The notes beneath the pieces were generated by a model, which saw nothing but the letters and a program-made list of their open reading frames with translations, did no database searches and was not told the DNA's origin. A stretch of 60,293 bases of DNA, filler included. It is 5 parts of 5 records of this genome, joined end to end, with 100 filler letters (N's around TTAATTAATTAA, not from the genome) between each part and the next. Parts side by side here need not be neighbours in the genome. Positions count along the whole stretch, not along the records: positions 28,559 to 51,013 come from DRR723986_66968; 4 more parts are not named here. The stretch is one strand, 5' to 3'. This document shows positions 29,869 to 39,857 of the stretch, piece by piece. Position numbers and translations under genes: made by a program. The first letter of the stretch is position 1; every line of letters begins with the position of its first letter.

Positions 29869-30666
29869 ATGGCAAACGCAAAAGAAAAGGTAGTCTGGAT
29901 AACAGGTGCTTCGTCCGGGATTGGCAAAGCTATGGCCTTTGAATGGGCAAGCTTAGGATACAAAGTGGTGCTTTCAGCCAGACGCAAAGAACTTTTAGAA
30001 GAGATTGCTCTTGAAATTAAGAATTCCGGTGGCGAAGCATTGGTTGTTCCTGTTGATATTTTGGAAGAGAAATCCATAGAAAATGCCGTTCAAAGCATAA
30101 TAGACCACTGGGGACGCTTAGATGTCGCTGTTGCCAATGCTGGGTTTGGTGTTTTTGGAGGCATAGATAAGTTGACTGCCAAAGATTGGAATAGGCAATT
30201 GAACGGAAATGTCACAGGTTTAGCCCTGACTGTAAAATACGCGCTGCCACATTTGAAGCAAAACCAAGGTCGCATTGGATTGGTAGGTAGTGTTGGAGCC
30301 TATCTTCCTAATCCTAATGTCGGGGCTTATGGCGCATCAAAAGCAGCAGTTCACTCCATTGGTCTGACCCTGCAGGTAGAATTAAAGGGTACCGGTGTGA
30401 GTTGTACAACCATTCATCCAGGCTTTGTGGAATCGGAAATTGCGAAAATTGATAATGATGGAGTTTGGCATCCTGAACGAAACGACCCGCGTCCTTCAAA
30501 TTTAATGTGGCCTACAGATAAAGCCGCGAAAGTTATGGTAAAGGCTATTATTAAGCGGAAGAGAAATTATATTTTCACAGCCCACGGAAGGATTTTGGTA
30601 TGGCTGCAAGGTTGGTTTCCCGGCTTGGTGAGAACAATTGTTTCAAAAGGTCCAAAACCAGAATAA
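29869..30666 (+). CDS. SDR family oxidoreductase
   Basis: TGASSGIG; NAG; YGASK. Confidence 0.95.
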   Translation: MANAKEKVVWITGASSGIGKAMAFEWASLGYKVVLSARRKELLEEIALEIKNSGGEALVVPVDILEEKSIENAVQSIIDHWGRLDVAVANAGFGVFGGIDKLTAKDWNRQLNGNVTGLALTVKYALPHLKQNQGRIGLVGSVGAYLPNPNVGAYGASKAAVHSIGLTLQVELKGTGVSCTTIHPGFVESEIAKIDNDGVWHPERNDPRPSNLMWPTDKAAKVMVKAIIKRKRNYIFTAHGRILVWLQGWFPGLVRTIVSKGPKPE

Positions 30667-30810
30667 AAAGGTTAGCGAATTTACAGGTGTTACCCAATTT
30701 TACTGACGCATACCTCCCAGCCTTTGACGTTTTTAGACCTCACCTATTTTGTGCCTAATCAGTAGATTTGAATAGGTAAAAATCAAAGACACTACAAATT
30801 CAAAATAACT

Positions 30811-31248
30811 ATGGCACTGATTAATCCATACATCAACTTTAACGGGAATGCAGAGGAAGCATTCAATTTTTACAAATCTGTCTTTGGCGGGGAATTCGCA
30901 AATATCACACGCTTTAAAGACATGGACATCCCAGGGAATCCAATAGCAGATCATGAAAAAGAAAAGATCATGCACATTGCCTTACCCATCGGTCCAAATA
31001 TCCTGATGGGCAACGACGTCCCTGAAAGAATGGGTAGGGTAAATGAAAATGAACACAGGTCTAAAATATCAATTGCCGCAGAAAGCAAGGAAGAAGCTGA
31101 ACGCATTTTTAATGGACTTACTGTTGGAGGCACTATCGAAGTCCCTATGGATGAAAGTCCTTGGAGCTCTTATTTTGGGATGTTCCGTGACAAATACGGG
31201 ATTGAATGGATGGTGGATTTTGACCCAAGACACAAAGGAAAAGTCTAA
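30811..31248 (+). CDS. VOC/PhnB-like glyoxalase family protein
   Basis: NPYINFNGNAEEAFNFYKSVFGG; FGMFRDKYGIEWMV. Confidence 0.92.
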   Translation: MALINPYINFNGNAEEAFNFYKSVFGGEFANITRFKDMDIPGNPIADHEKEKIMHIALPIGPNILMGNDVPERMGRVNENEHRSKISIAAESKEEAERIFNGLTVGGTIEVPMDESPWSSYFGMFRDKYGIEWMVDFDPRHKGKV

Positions 31249-31465
31249 GTTGTAATCACCTAAATCAGTACCAATAGTATGCTCCCAATAAGCCTAGTCT
31301 TGTTGGGAGTGTTAATTTTTAATCCTTTCTTCGAGTTAAGATAATTTGCTAAATGCATAACCAAAGCTCTATCCTAGAATAAAGAATCACTCAATATTCC
31401 TGAGAATTAAAATCTTATCAACCAAACGCTACCTAGACATAATTCTTAATTTAGAATACAAATCA

Positions 31466-31984
31466 GAAGCCACAGCGAATTGGGGCAAAAGAAACTTTAC
31501 CAATCGAGATCGCCATGTACGGTTTTACGAAGCCATACATAGCAAAAGTGAAGGCGAGTTTCGGGCAAAACTTGAATATTTCGAGCATGAAAACCATGGC
31601 ACAGTACCTCCTATCGCATTTCACAATGGCATTTCCGCAATTTTTGAAGGGTATGGCCTTACCTACCGGGATGTAGAAAGCATAGAACAACTGAAGGAAC
31701 ATTTCCAATCTATTTCCAATCGACTATCCTATGATTTTAGCCCGCCTGAGTATCTGGTCAATCAACTAGGCTACCAAATGGCACAAAATGATAAGGCTAA
31801 GGCAATGGATTTCTTTATTCTGAATACAGAAAACTATCCTAATTCATTTAATGCCTTTGACAGCTTAGGAGAGTTTTATGAAGTCACTGGGGAAAAAGAA
31901 AAAGCAATAGAAAACTATACAAAATCTCTGGAACTCAATCCTGATAATGAACACGCCAGAATGAATATAGAAGTCTTAAATTAG
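31466..31984 (+). pseudogene. 5'-truncated alpha/beta esterase-TPR gene remnant
   Basis: The frame of ORF 31778..31984 extends upstream with no start (...YFEHENHGTVPP...LVNQLGYQ...YPNSFNAFDSLGE...SLELNP). The catalytic-His region and TPR remain; the nucleophile half is missing. Confidence 0.75.
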
Positions 31985-32009
31985 GTAAGGATTCATTTTG
32001 CCTTACAAT
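31982..32009 (+). repeat. 28-bp direct repeat, left copy (att-like)
   Basis: TAGGTAAGGATTCATTTTGCCTTACAAT; 27/28 identical to 35802-35829; internal dyad GTAAGG/CCTTAC. Confidence 0.85.
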
Positions 32010-32122
32010 CTGGAATCCCACAAGAAATCTATCGAATCCGTCCAGAAAGCCACCGAACTTCTAGTCGCCTCCGTCCTAAAAGAGATCAAAGACCAAACAA
32101 AGAAAGTGGCTTAGCTCCGCTT

Positions 32123-32872
32123 TCAATCTTCTCTAAGACCATAATTATAGAGATAAAATGAAATGTCAGTTAAGGCAATGTTTGAAATTGCGTCTTTAAA
32201 AGCATTAATTACTACACGCATTTCTTTAAGATCACCACGTAAATTGTTCCATAAATTTTTCTCTACTAAAAAACCATGGGAAATTAAGGTAGATCTATCT
32301 TGAATATTCAGTATTTCAAACCTATTATTAAAAGTGCTTGTAAAAATTAATTTCTCTATTTCTATAGAATATTCTTTTCCTTGATTCATCTTATGTAAAT
32401 CAACGAAGTCCTTTAATAACATCAAGTCGTCAAAATAGACATTTTGAACCTTTTGAATTAAAGATAAAAATTTGCTAGGTGACAGTTTTTTTCTCGCCAT
32501 TGCCACTCCCAATTTCCCGCAAATTTGTGCCTTCCTCTTATCGTTCAATTGAGAAATATAATAGAACATTTTTTCAGTAAAATCCTCCTCAGCATTTTGA
32601 ATCAAATAGGAAAACTCACTCCTTTCATTCTGACTAAGGGTTTCAAAGTATTTAAAAAAGTATGCTATTTGTTTTAGCTCTACTCTTGATTTCCAATTTC
32701 TAAGATCTTCAATGAAAGGCTTAAGTAAGGAATATGCAGGGATTCCTAAAAAGACCGTCGTTGCTAAATCAAAGCCGGACCCAATTATTTCCTCGGTGTT
32801 TTTTACTAGCTCAGCAGAGGATTTTTCGAATTCCTTTGAGGCGATAAACTCTCCAAGCTCTTGATTTGTCAT
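32123..32872 (-). CDS. Hypothetical protein (accessory; possibly defence-related)
   Basis: Probable start MTNQELGEF within ORF 32123..32995; AT-rich; helical LNDKRKAQICGKL region. Confidence 0.6.
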   Translation of the reverse strand: MTNQELGEFIASKEFEKSSAELVKNTEEIIGSGFDLATTVFLGIPAYSLLKPFIEDLRNWKSRVELKQIAYFFKYFETLSQNERSEFSYLIQNAEEDFTEKMFYYISQLNDKRKAQICGKLGVAMARKKLSPSKFLSLIQKVQNVYFDDLMLLKDFVDLHKMNQGKEYSIEIEKLIFTSTFNNRFEILNIQDRSTLISHGFLVEKNLWNNLRGDLKEMRVVINAFKDAISNIALTDISFYLYNYGLRED

Positions 32873-33045
32873 TTCTTTTTTTGTGATCTTATAAATCCTT
32901 TTTCCTGAGGTTACATTACTTCGGTTACACCGATATTTTACTTTAACCAGACTGCTAAAATCAGCATAATAAAAGCTATCAAACAATAATACCACGGCTT
33001 ATCCATACCCTTAATTTACGAAGAAATCGCCTATTCTTGAAAGTC

Positions 33046-33275
33046 TTACCATATCTTCTCCAGCTCCCACAGAGCATCACTCATTAGGGAGAACCTTCGA
33101 AGTTCCAGGTTATGGATTGCATCCACCACAGACGCTCGGATCTCATGGCCTTTCATCTTATGCTCTTCCCAGCAAGCAGAACACTTAATCCGCTCCAGCT
33201 TCGCAGCTATCCGGGCATTCAGGACTTCCAGTTCATTCAGAATGCTTGATTCTTCGGTGATAGTGATCTATCCAT
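33046..33275 (-). pseudogene. Small ORF remnant lacking an in-frame start (phage-like)
   Basis: Reads ITITEESSILNELEVLNARIAAKLERIKCSACWEEHK...LWELEKIW*; the ATG at 33275 is out of frame; visibly GC-richer than its neighbours. Confidence 0.35.
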
Positions 33276-33418
33276 GGCACGACAATACAGAGCCCATATT
33301 TGCCTTTTGTTCTTTTTGACTCAGGATTACATAGTTTGACAGGAATTGAGTAAATTTTAAAAAGAATAAGAAACGTGTAAACATTTAAGCTTTCAAGATC
33401 TCTCAATAATTATCAAGT

Positions 33419-34039
33419 ATGGATAAATTAGTTTTATTCTTTATTTTCATTTTAGCATCACATCATTCTTTTGCTCAAAGTGGAAGTATTACCTCACTTC
33501 CAAACTCAATTTCTATCCAATCAAATTCGCCTATTAGAGCTCAGCCTAATCATTCAGGCAATTTGATTTTAAGAACTAATGGAATCACCAAAGCATTACT
33601 ATTAGATAGAATTGGAGAATATTTGGAGATTAAGATTGACTCCCTGAATGCATTTGTCAGCTATGCTTTCTTAGTTCAGGACTCAGAGGAAATAAAACAA
33701 TTTGCATACAACATCAGATATGAGTCAAAAGTAAAAGCCGAAGAAATTAAAGACTCCATTTTTAAGGTAAAGTTTAGGTTAGAACAAGTTGAACAGAATG
33801 AAATTTTTCAACAGAAACTAACACAAATGATAGAAAAGTATGGCGAAACAATTGGAAAGAAAATAGCTTTTGGGAATGTTTGGATCGGTATGACTGAAGA
33901 AATGCTATTGGAAAGCTGGGGACATCCAAATGATATAAATCGAACTGCTGTCGCTGGAATGATTAAAAAGCAATATGTTTATCCAAACTATCGATATGTT
34001 TATGTTGAAAACGGAAAAGTCACTGCTTGGCAAGATTAA
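33419..34039 (+). CDS. Secreted hypothetical protein with BamE/DUF2845-like C-terminus
   Basis: Signal peptide; VWIGMTEEMLLESWGHP...YVYVENGKVTAWQD. Confidence 0.65.
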   Translation: MDKLVLFFIFILASHHSFAQSGSITSLPNSISIQSNSPIRAQPNHSGNLILRTNGITKALLLDRIGEYLEIKIDSLNAFVSYAFLVQDSEEIKQFAYNIRYESKVKAEEIKDSIFKVKFRLEQVEQNEIFQQKLTQMIEKYGETIGKKIAFGNVWIGMTEEMLLESWGHPNDINRTAVAGMIKKQYVYPNYRYVYVENGKVTAWQD

Positions 34040-34082
34040 GGATCAAATTTTTAGTTTGATCGGAATTAACTAGCTTTTAAGG

Positions 34083-34928
34083 ATGGATATAGCTTCAGCA
34101 AAAGAAAAACTCAATTCTAGAATCAAGCTCTTCACGTGGATAGGTGGTATTTCTGCCATATTTGCAATAATCCCTCTTATCTGGGCTGGTATCCAAGTTA
34201 TTCAAGTCCAATCCTTTTTTAAGGAAAACGAATTGGGCGACTTCATTGGAGGAACATCAGGGACGTTCGCATCATTTGCAGGTCTTGCCTTTGTATATGT
34301 TGGGTTTCTAGGACAACAACTTCAAATATTAATGCAGCAGGAGGAGCTTGAGATGAACCGTAAAGAAATGCAGGCTACACGTTTAGAGATCCAGGGCCAA
34401 AAGAGACAACTTGAGCTACAAAATAAACAGTTTGAAAACCAACTATTCGAAACAACATTTTTCAATCTTATAAACGTCTACAAGACTTCATTATCAACAA
34501 GTATCAGACCTTCATGGGAAGTTGATTTAAACAGAAAACTAAATTCTGCATTAATAGTAACTGAACCTGATGGGACTGGAGGCTATCAACAAATAGGACC
34601 TACAAAATCCTTCGATGAAATTCCGATTGAGGTAATAATAGAAGCAATAATGACCTTCCCTTTTGATTTAATTCTAGGGTTTAGAGAAGCAATTGAACCT
34701 GTTATTGCAATACTTCTACATATACAGCATAAAGAAAAAACTCATCATCTAACAACCTTGTTGTATAGTATTCCAAAAAGAGATAAGGTAATTTTTATAT
34801 ATTACTATATCGCTCAAAAAGATCACCTAACTAAAACTGAAAAAGCTCTGGTAAAAGAGCTATTATTGATTTTTCCAGAAGAAATTTTTAAATCTAATAC
34901 ACACAAACTGTGGATTGAAAAAAGTTAG
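34083..34928 (+). CDS. Putative phage abortive-infection-like membrane protein
   Basis: Two TM helices, LGDFIGG, Gln-rich coiled coil, then QLFETTFFNLI; architecture recalls putAbiC-type proteins (not searched). Confidence 0.5.
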   Translation: MDIASAKEKLNSRIKLFTWIGGISAIFAIIPLIWAGIQVIQVQSFFKENELGDFIGGTSGTFASFAGLAFVYVGFLGQQLQILMQQEELEMNRKEMQATRLEIQGQKRQLELQNKQFENQLFETTFFNLINVYKTSLSTSIRPSWEVDLNRKLNSALIVTEPDGTGGYQQIGPTKSFDEIPIEVIIEAIMTFPFDLILGFREAIEPVIAILLHIQHKEKTHHLTTLLYSIPKRDKVIFIYYYIAQKDHLTKTEKALVKELLLIFPEEIFKSNTHKLWIEKS

Positions 34929-34959
34929 TCGTTCGAAACATATAGATAATGTAATCATT

Positions 34960-35610
34960 TTACCAATCATCTTCAAGCTCCTTGGAGAAATATGGTTCCA
35001 AGCCTAAGAGAAAACCATAGGCATTGATATGCATCTCGTGAAGCAATGCACTTCGATTCACTTGACCAAGCATTTCTCTTTTATTAGGCTTCTTGAATGT
35101 CTCATAGATTCCGTATTGTTCAATCATGTAAGTAATCGGCGTTTCCGTTCGAGAAAGTCCGAGGCTCGCATTGGCTTCAGTAACAGCCAATAAATTATCG
35201 ATAGTTATCCTAATCTTCTTGTCTTTGCACTCAATCTTAAGTGTGTGATAGGTCAAATACTCATAAGTTGTTTTCTGAGTACCAAAAAATTTGAAATACA
35301 CATCAGAACTAATTGGAAATATCCCCTTTACGATCACCAATCCATTAACTGGGTCAGAGATATCAATCACTGACTTAGCACTTTTATAGTAGTCACTAAC
35401 ATATTTCAGAGCTATTCCATACAAAGCTTGCTGATTAGCATCAAACTCAAGAATTGTCTGATAAACTACCTCCCCATCTTGAAAAGGGAAATCAGGCAAT
35501 GGATATATTTCTGGGACATCAGGTTTCTGTTCCGATGAATACATATTGTCTTGTGCCCTTACAGTAAAACAAGTCACAAGCCCTAAAAGTAATAAAAGTC
35601 TGAATTTCAT
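34960..35610 (-). CDS. DUF4468-like secreted protein
   Basis: Start MKFRLLL; YKSAKSVIDISD..GLVIVKG...LKIECKDKKIRITI. Confidence 0.7.
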   Translation of the reverse strand: MKFRLLLLLGLVTCFTVRAQDNMYSSEQKPDVPEIYPLPDFPFQDGEVVYQTILEFDANQQALYGIALKYVSDYYKSAKSVIDISDPVNGLVIVKGIFPISSDVYFKFFGTQKTTYEYLTYHTLKIECKDKKIRITIDNLLAVTEANASLGLSRTETPITYMIEQYGIYETFKKPNKREMLGQVNRSALLHEMHINAYGFLLGLEPYFSKELEDDW

Positions 35611-35801
35611 ATGGCTGAGATTAGTACACGTACAATTTAGGTAAATTCTTACTTTCTCCATTCTTGGCTTTGCGACTCTGCTCTTCGAGTCCCTATAAAT
35701 ATCGCGAATGTAATTTCGAAGTTATACCCTAGGATTTGCACTCCTTCAAAGTATACTCAGAATTAGAAATTCTTCACCAAGTTCATTATCCTAAAACCAT
35801 C

Positions 35802-35829
35802 TAGGTAAGGGTTCATTTTGCCTTACAAT
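35802..35829 (+). repeat. 28-bp direct repeat, right copy (att-like)
   Basis: TAGGTAAGGGTTCATTTTGCCTTACAAT. Confidence 0.85.
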
Positions 35830-36097
35830 AAGGAGTCAAACACATTAGCTAAAGTCCCAAAGACTTTAATTATAGACTCAAACATATTAAGGAAGGACTC
35901 AATCACTCAACTGAAAGTCCCAAAGACTTTAATTAAAGAGAAAATCACTCGGCGGAAAGTCCCAAAGACTATAGTTAAAGAAAAAATCACTCTACGTAAG
36001 GACTCAGGGACTTTAATTAATGACTCAAACACATTATTGAGAGTCACAGGCACTATAATTATAGACTCAAACATATTATGGAAGGACTCTGAGTCCT
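35830..36097 (+). repeat. Degenerate 21-bp tandem array (12 units plus a terminal palindrome)
   Basis: Units include AAAGTCCCAAAGACTTTAATT (35851, 35914) and ATAGACTCAAACATATTA(a/t)GG (35872, 36061); exact 21-nt register. Confidence 0.9.
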
Positions 36098-36166
36098 AAA
36101 AAGAACCTTTTCGGCCCAAACATCAGTTAGAGAAATCAACTGAGTTTAACAAGATAATACAGCTAT

Positions 36167-37180
36167 ATGGAAATAGGAATTGATAGTTTCGCAGCTTCTC
36201 CCGACAATCAGTTGGACGGTTCTAAATCACTAAGGGAACTGTTGGAGAGAATAGAATTGGCAGACCAAGTGGGTTTGAGTTATTTCGGCATTGGAGAGCA
36301 TCATCGCAAGGACTTTTTGGACTCCGCTCCCTCTATGATTTTAGCCGCAGCTGCTGCCAGAACCAAAAACATCCGACTTGGAAGTGCCGTCACCGTACTG
36401 AGTGCTTCCGATCCCGTTCGTGTATTTCAAAACTATGCTACGCTGGATTTGCTTTCCGAGGGTCGTGCAGAAATAGTAGCCGGGAGAGGTTCTTTTACCG
36501 ATGCATTCCCATTATTTGGTTTAAATCTTCAGGATTACAATGAGTTATTTGAAGAGAAACTGAATCTACTTTTAAAAATCAGAGACAATGAGGTGGTCAC
36601 CTGGTCAGGGAAATTTAGGCCTGCACTTCGCAACCAAGCGATCTATCCTCGTCCTAAACAGGAGAAGTTGCCTATATGGGTTGGAGTGGGTGGTACCCCC
36701 TCCTCTTTTGAAAGAGCTGGCAAGCTAGGTTTGCCTTTGATGGTGGCGATCATTGGCGGTGAGACGCATCGTTTTGCGCCTTTGGTAGACTTATACCGAA
36801 GAGCTGGAGAAAGATCAGGATTTGCCAAAAGTGACCTGAAAGTAGGATTGCATTCTATAGGATTTGTTGGCAAAACCAGGCAGGAAGCCATCGCAGACTT
36901 CTACCCTAGCTATAAGGAAATGTTTGATAAAATAGGCAGAGAAAGAGGCTTTGGTCCTGTGACAAAAGCAGGATTTGATGCTCAAAACACCGAAACTGGA
37001 GCTTTATTGGTAGGAGAACCAAGAGAGATCGTGGATAAAATCTTGAGACACAGCGAATCCTTAGGTGGCCTGGAAAGAGTAACATTCCAAATGGATGCCG
37101 TTAAGGACCATCAAAAATTGATGAAAGCAATCGAGCTTATTGGTTCCGAGATTGTCCCTTTTGTAAAAGATAAAAATTGA
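36167..37180 (+). CDS. LLM-class (luciferase-like) flavin-dependent oxidoreductase
   Basis: FGIGEHHR; IRLGSAVTVLS..DPVRV; GRGSF. Confidence 0.93.
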   Translation: MEIGIDSFAASPDNQLDGSKSLRELLERIELADQVGLSYFGIGEHHRKDFLDSAPSMILAAAAARTKNIRLGSAVTVLSASDPVRVFQNYATLDLLSEGRAEIVAGRGSFTDAFPLFGLNLQDYNELFEEKLNLLLKIRDNEVVTWSGKFRPALRNQAIYPRPKQEKLPIWVGVGGTPSSFERAGKLGLPLMVAIIGGETHRFAPLVDLYRRAGERSGFAKSDLKVGLHSIGFVGKTRQEAIADFYPSYKEMFDKIGRERGFGPVTKAGFDAQNTETGALLVGEPREIVDKILRHSESLGGLERVTFQMDAVKDHQKLMKAIELIGSEIVPFVKDKN

Positions 37181-37310
37181 GTTTATCACACCTTCATTAA
37201 TGCGTAATTAGTAAGTTAGTATTAGAGATCTCCTGAGGGTTGGGGGAATTAGTGTATAGTAGTATTACGAGAGAGTGAATTAGATGAATTCGGGATGATA
37301 TTACAATATT

Positions 37311-37805
37311 ATGAGTAGAATTTTTAGTACTCTTCTTATTACAAGTTTTGCGCTGTTTGGATTCATTCAAGATTCAAGCCCTACTAAATCGAAGCTGAAA
37401 AGTCTATTTCGCCAAAGCATCCTTCAGGAAAGTAAAGACTTATTAAGTACTGTCTCTAATCCTTGGGAAACTGATAACACCAATGGTCAATATTATACTG
37501 CGGATACCATAAAAATGGTGAACGTAAAGAAACGACCATTTGATTACCGGTATTGTGAAACAATGAATTGGACATTTTATAAAAGTGATTGGTTTTTCCT
37601 CGTAGAAACTCAAACCTGCAAAGAACCATCTTCACAAAAAGTAAGCAAAAATGAATTTCGATTTAAAACTAAAATTAAGAACTCACCAAGTGGTTTAATC
37701 CTTGAGACTTACAAAGCAAATGAATTAATGGAAAGGTTCTTAGTAGTATCTATTATTGAAACTGAACAATATGACGAAGTGACTTTATATAGATTAAAAA
37801 AATAA
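37311..37805 (+). CDS. Hypothetical secreted protein (cassette-like)
   Basis: 164-aa ORF with signal peptide, followed by a degenerate attC-like site. Confidence 0.65.
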   Translation: MSRIFSTLLITSFALFGFIQDSSPTKSKLKSLFRQSILQESKDLLSTVSNPWETDNTNGQYYTADTIKMVNVKKRPFDYRYCETMNWTFYKSDWFFLVETQTCKEPSSQKVSKNEFRFKTKIKNSPSGLILETYKANELMERFLVVSIIETEQYDEVTLYRLKK

Positions 37806-37811
37806 AAAGTG

Positions 37812-37864
37812 GCCAACACCACTTAAACTGCATTAAAACGGCGCTTAGCTAACCTTTATAAGGC
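37812..37864 (+). other. Degenerate short attC-like site
   Basis: GGCCAAC just after the stop, then an imperfect inverted repeat, ending tTTATAAGGC (GTTRRRY-like with G lost). Confidence 0.35.
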
Positions 37865-37897
37865 ATTAAAAAGTAAACCTGCACTAAACCTTGAACT

Positions 37898-38200
37898 TTG
37901 AGGATATCAGAAAAAAATAAGATAGTAAGTAGCAAGGAACAGTTAAAGAATATGATAAGTCACATTATCTTATCATCGTCCGGCCTCATTCTTCTTTATG
38001 GATTCTATAGAATTGACAATTCTGAAACAGTATCACATTATTTTAACCTTGCTGCAGGAGACCCATCCGGTTTTAGATTTATAGTCTTCCTGGGAATTCT
38101 TAAATATGGAATACTCCTAATAGGGACAGTTTTGACACTTATGTCAGCTATAATGCTGGTAAAAAAATTGAAAATAAGAATGACACAGAACAACGTTTAA
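37898..38200 (+). CDS. Hypothetical 2-TM membrane protein
   Basis: 100-aa ORF with two hydrophobic segments. Confidence 0.5.
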   Translation: MRISEKNKIVSSKEQLKNMISHIILSSSGLILLYGFYRIDNSETVSHYFNLAAGDPSGFRFIVFLGILKYGILLIGTVLTLMSAIMLVKKLKIRMTQNNV

Positions 38201-38287
38201 GAAAATATATTCGAGAGACAAGTTTTAAAGCCGAACCTATAGCCAAAACAGCCAAGTCAATTACACCAATTAAAAATTATAGAATCA

Positions 38288-39064
38288 ATGCACAGTTCAC
38301 GAAGGAAGTTTTTTTTGAATTTGGGAGTAACTGGATTAGGCATCATTAGTTCACCAAGTATTCTTTCAGCTAATAACCACAGCAAAAATTACGGTATGAA
38401 TAAAAGTAGAAAGAGGGTAACAATTCTGTTTCAAGGAGACTCCATAACTGATGGAAACCGCTCGCGAAACCAAGACTGGAATCATGTCATGGGGCATGGA
38501 TACCCCTACATTATTTCAAGTCGTCTTTGGTTCGACTATTTGGATAAAGGCTTAATGTTTTATAACAGAGGCATTAGCGGAAATACCATTCAGGATTTAA
38601 ATGCTCGCTGGCAAGAAGATACCATTGACTTGGCTCCCGACGTGCTAAGTATTTTGATTGGTGTGAATGATGTATCCAGAATAATAGAAAATGAATACTC
38701 TGTTAAAACTTGGGAAGAGACCTATATTCAGGTTTTAGACAAAACAAAAAAAGCATTGCCAATCACTCAGCTTATTCTGTGTGAACCATTTGTTCTGCCT
38801 GCTGATGATATGATCAGAATTGAATGGACCAAGGAAAAGACAGAATCCTATCAAAGCGTAGTTGCAGAAATGCGAAAAACAGTAAAGAAATTAGCTGAAA
38901 CCTACGATGCCATTTTTATTGAATTGCAACAGCCCTTTTTGGATGCCTGCGAAAAAGCTCCTGCCAACTATTGGATTTGGGATGGAATTCATCCCATGCC
39001 TGCCGGTCATGAATTAATTGCTCGTCAATGGATAAAAGTAGTGAGTGAAAGATTGGAGTTCTAA
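38288..39064 (+). CDS. SGNH/GDSL hydrolase with Tat signal
   Basis: SRRKFFL; FQGDSITD; NRGISG; IGVND; DGIHP. Confidence 0.93.
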   Translation: MHSSRRKFFLNLGVTGLGIISSPSILSANNHSKNYGMNKSRKRVTILFQGDSITDGNRSRNQDWNHVMGHGYPYIISSRLWFDYLDKGLMFYNRGISGNTIQDLNARWQEDTIDLAPDVLSILIGVNDVSRIIENEYSVKTWEETYIQVLDKTKKALPITQLILCEPFVLPADDMIRIEWTKEKTESYQSVVAEMRKTVKKLAETYDAIFIELQQPFLDACEKAPANYWIWDGIHPMPAGHELIARQWIKVVSERLEF

Positions 39065-39138
39065 GAGCTTAATTAACTAACTCGCGTCTGCCCTGTAGAA
39101 ACTCAACCCTTTTTAGCCAATAAATTCAAAGCCATAGC

Positions 39139-39723
39139 ATGACTCAAGAAATCTGGTATACTGTAAGAAACACCTATGACCCTGATTTTGAAAAGGACTT
39201 TAGTTGGGAAAAGTATATCGATTGGTCAAAATTGACTCATTTAAAAGAACTAGTTTCATTAGATGGAATGCTTAACGAGCTGTGTTTTGAGCCTGATTAC
39301 AACAGTGAATACGATTGGAAATTTATAATAACGGATGAAGACTATGTGACGAATTTCTTCAATTCTATTGACTTTGTTCTAGAGAGAGTTCATGGAGAGA
39401 AACACTTCAATTTGATTGCAGCAATTAAAGAACCTTCAAATGAAAAATCTAAGGTTTTAGAAAAGGATTTTGAATTTGTGGGATATGAATTGCTGGACTT
39501 GGATTATGGAACAAGTGCCCTTACAAATTGTGGTGGATTTGATGAATCCTTTAACCCAAGTGATCTAAACGAATACGGTTTAGTCGATAACTTTCAACGA
39601 GCAAGGAAAATTCAAAAAGACTTGCTTGAGAACAATCCCAGAGAACACCATGCTCACTGTAATTTGTTTGAAGTTTGGCGGCACAAAACCATTGGAAGAA
39701 AAATTATAGCCGACTTAAAATAA
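39139..39723 (+). CDS. Hypothetical protein
   Basis: 194-aa ORF; SALTNCGGF...LNEYGL...EHHAHC motif. Confidence 0.7.
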   Translation: MTQEIWYTVRNTYDPDFEKDFSWEKYIDWSKLTHLKELVSLDGMLNELCFEPDYNSEYDWKFIITDEDYVTNFFNSIDFVLERVHGEKHFNLIAAIKEPSNEKSKVLEKDFEFVGYELLDLDYGTSALTNCGGFDESFNPSDLNEYGLVDNFQRARKIQKDLLENNPREHHAHCNLFEVWRHKTIGRKIIADLK

Positions 39724-39857
39724 AATTGACCTATCCAATCCTATTTTACTGTCTTTAAGTTTAACGAGAAGTACATGAATTTAACAAACTACATGAAATT
39801 TGTTTTTGCAGCATGGATAGTTTTAACCAGTTTACAATTCATAAAAATACTTATTGA

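Larger units (their letters stand above)
31982..35829. mobile_element. Direct-repeat-bounded genomic islet or decayed integrated element
   Basis: Flanking 28-bp repeats, mixed-orientation accessory genes, ORF fragments, no integrase. Confidence 0.6.

Noticed and set aside
29843-29875. dif-like site (TTTAACATAA, reverse of a XerD-like arm)
   Set aside because: No matching XerC arm; it is the AT-rich leader of the SDR gene.
35830-36097. CRISPR array
   Set aside because: Contiguous degenerate 21-mers with no constant repeat alternating with unique spacers, and no cas genes in the window.
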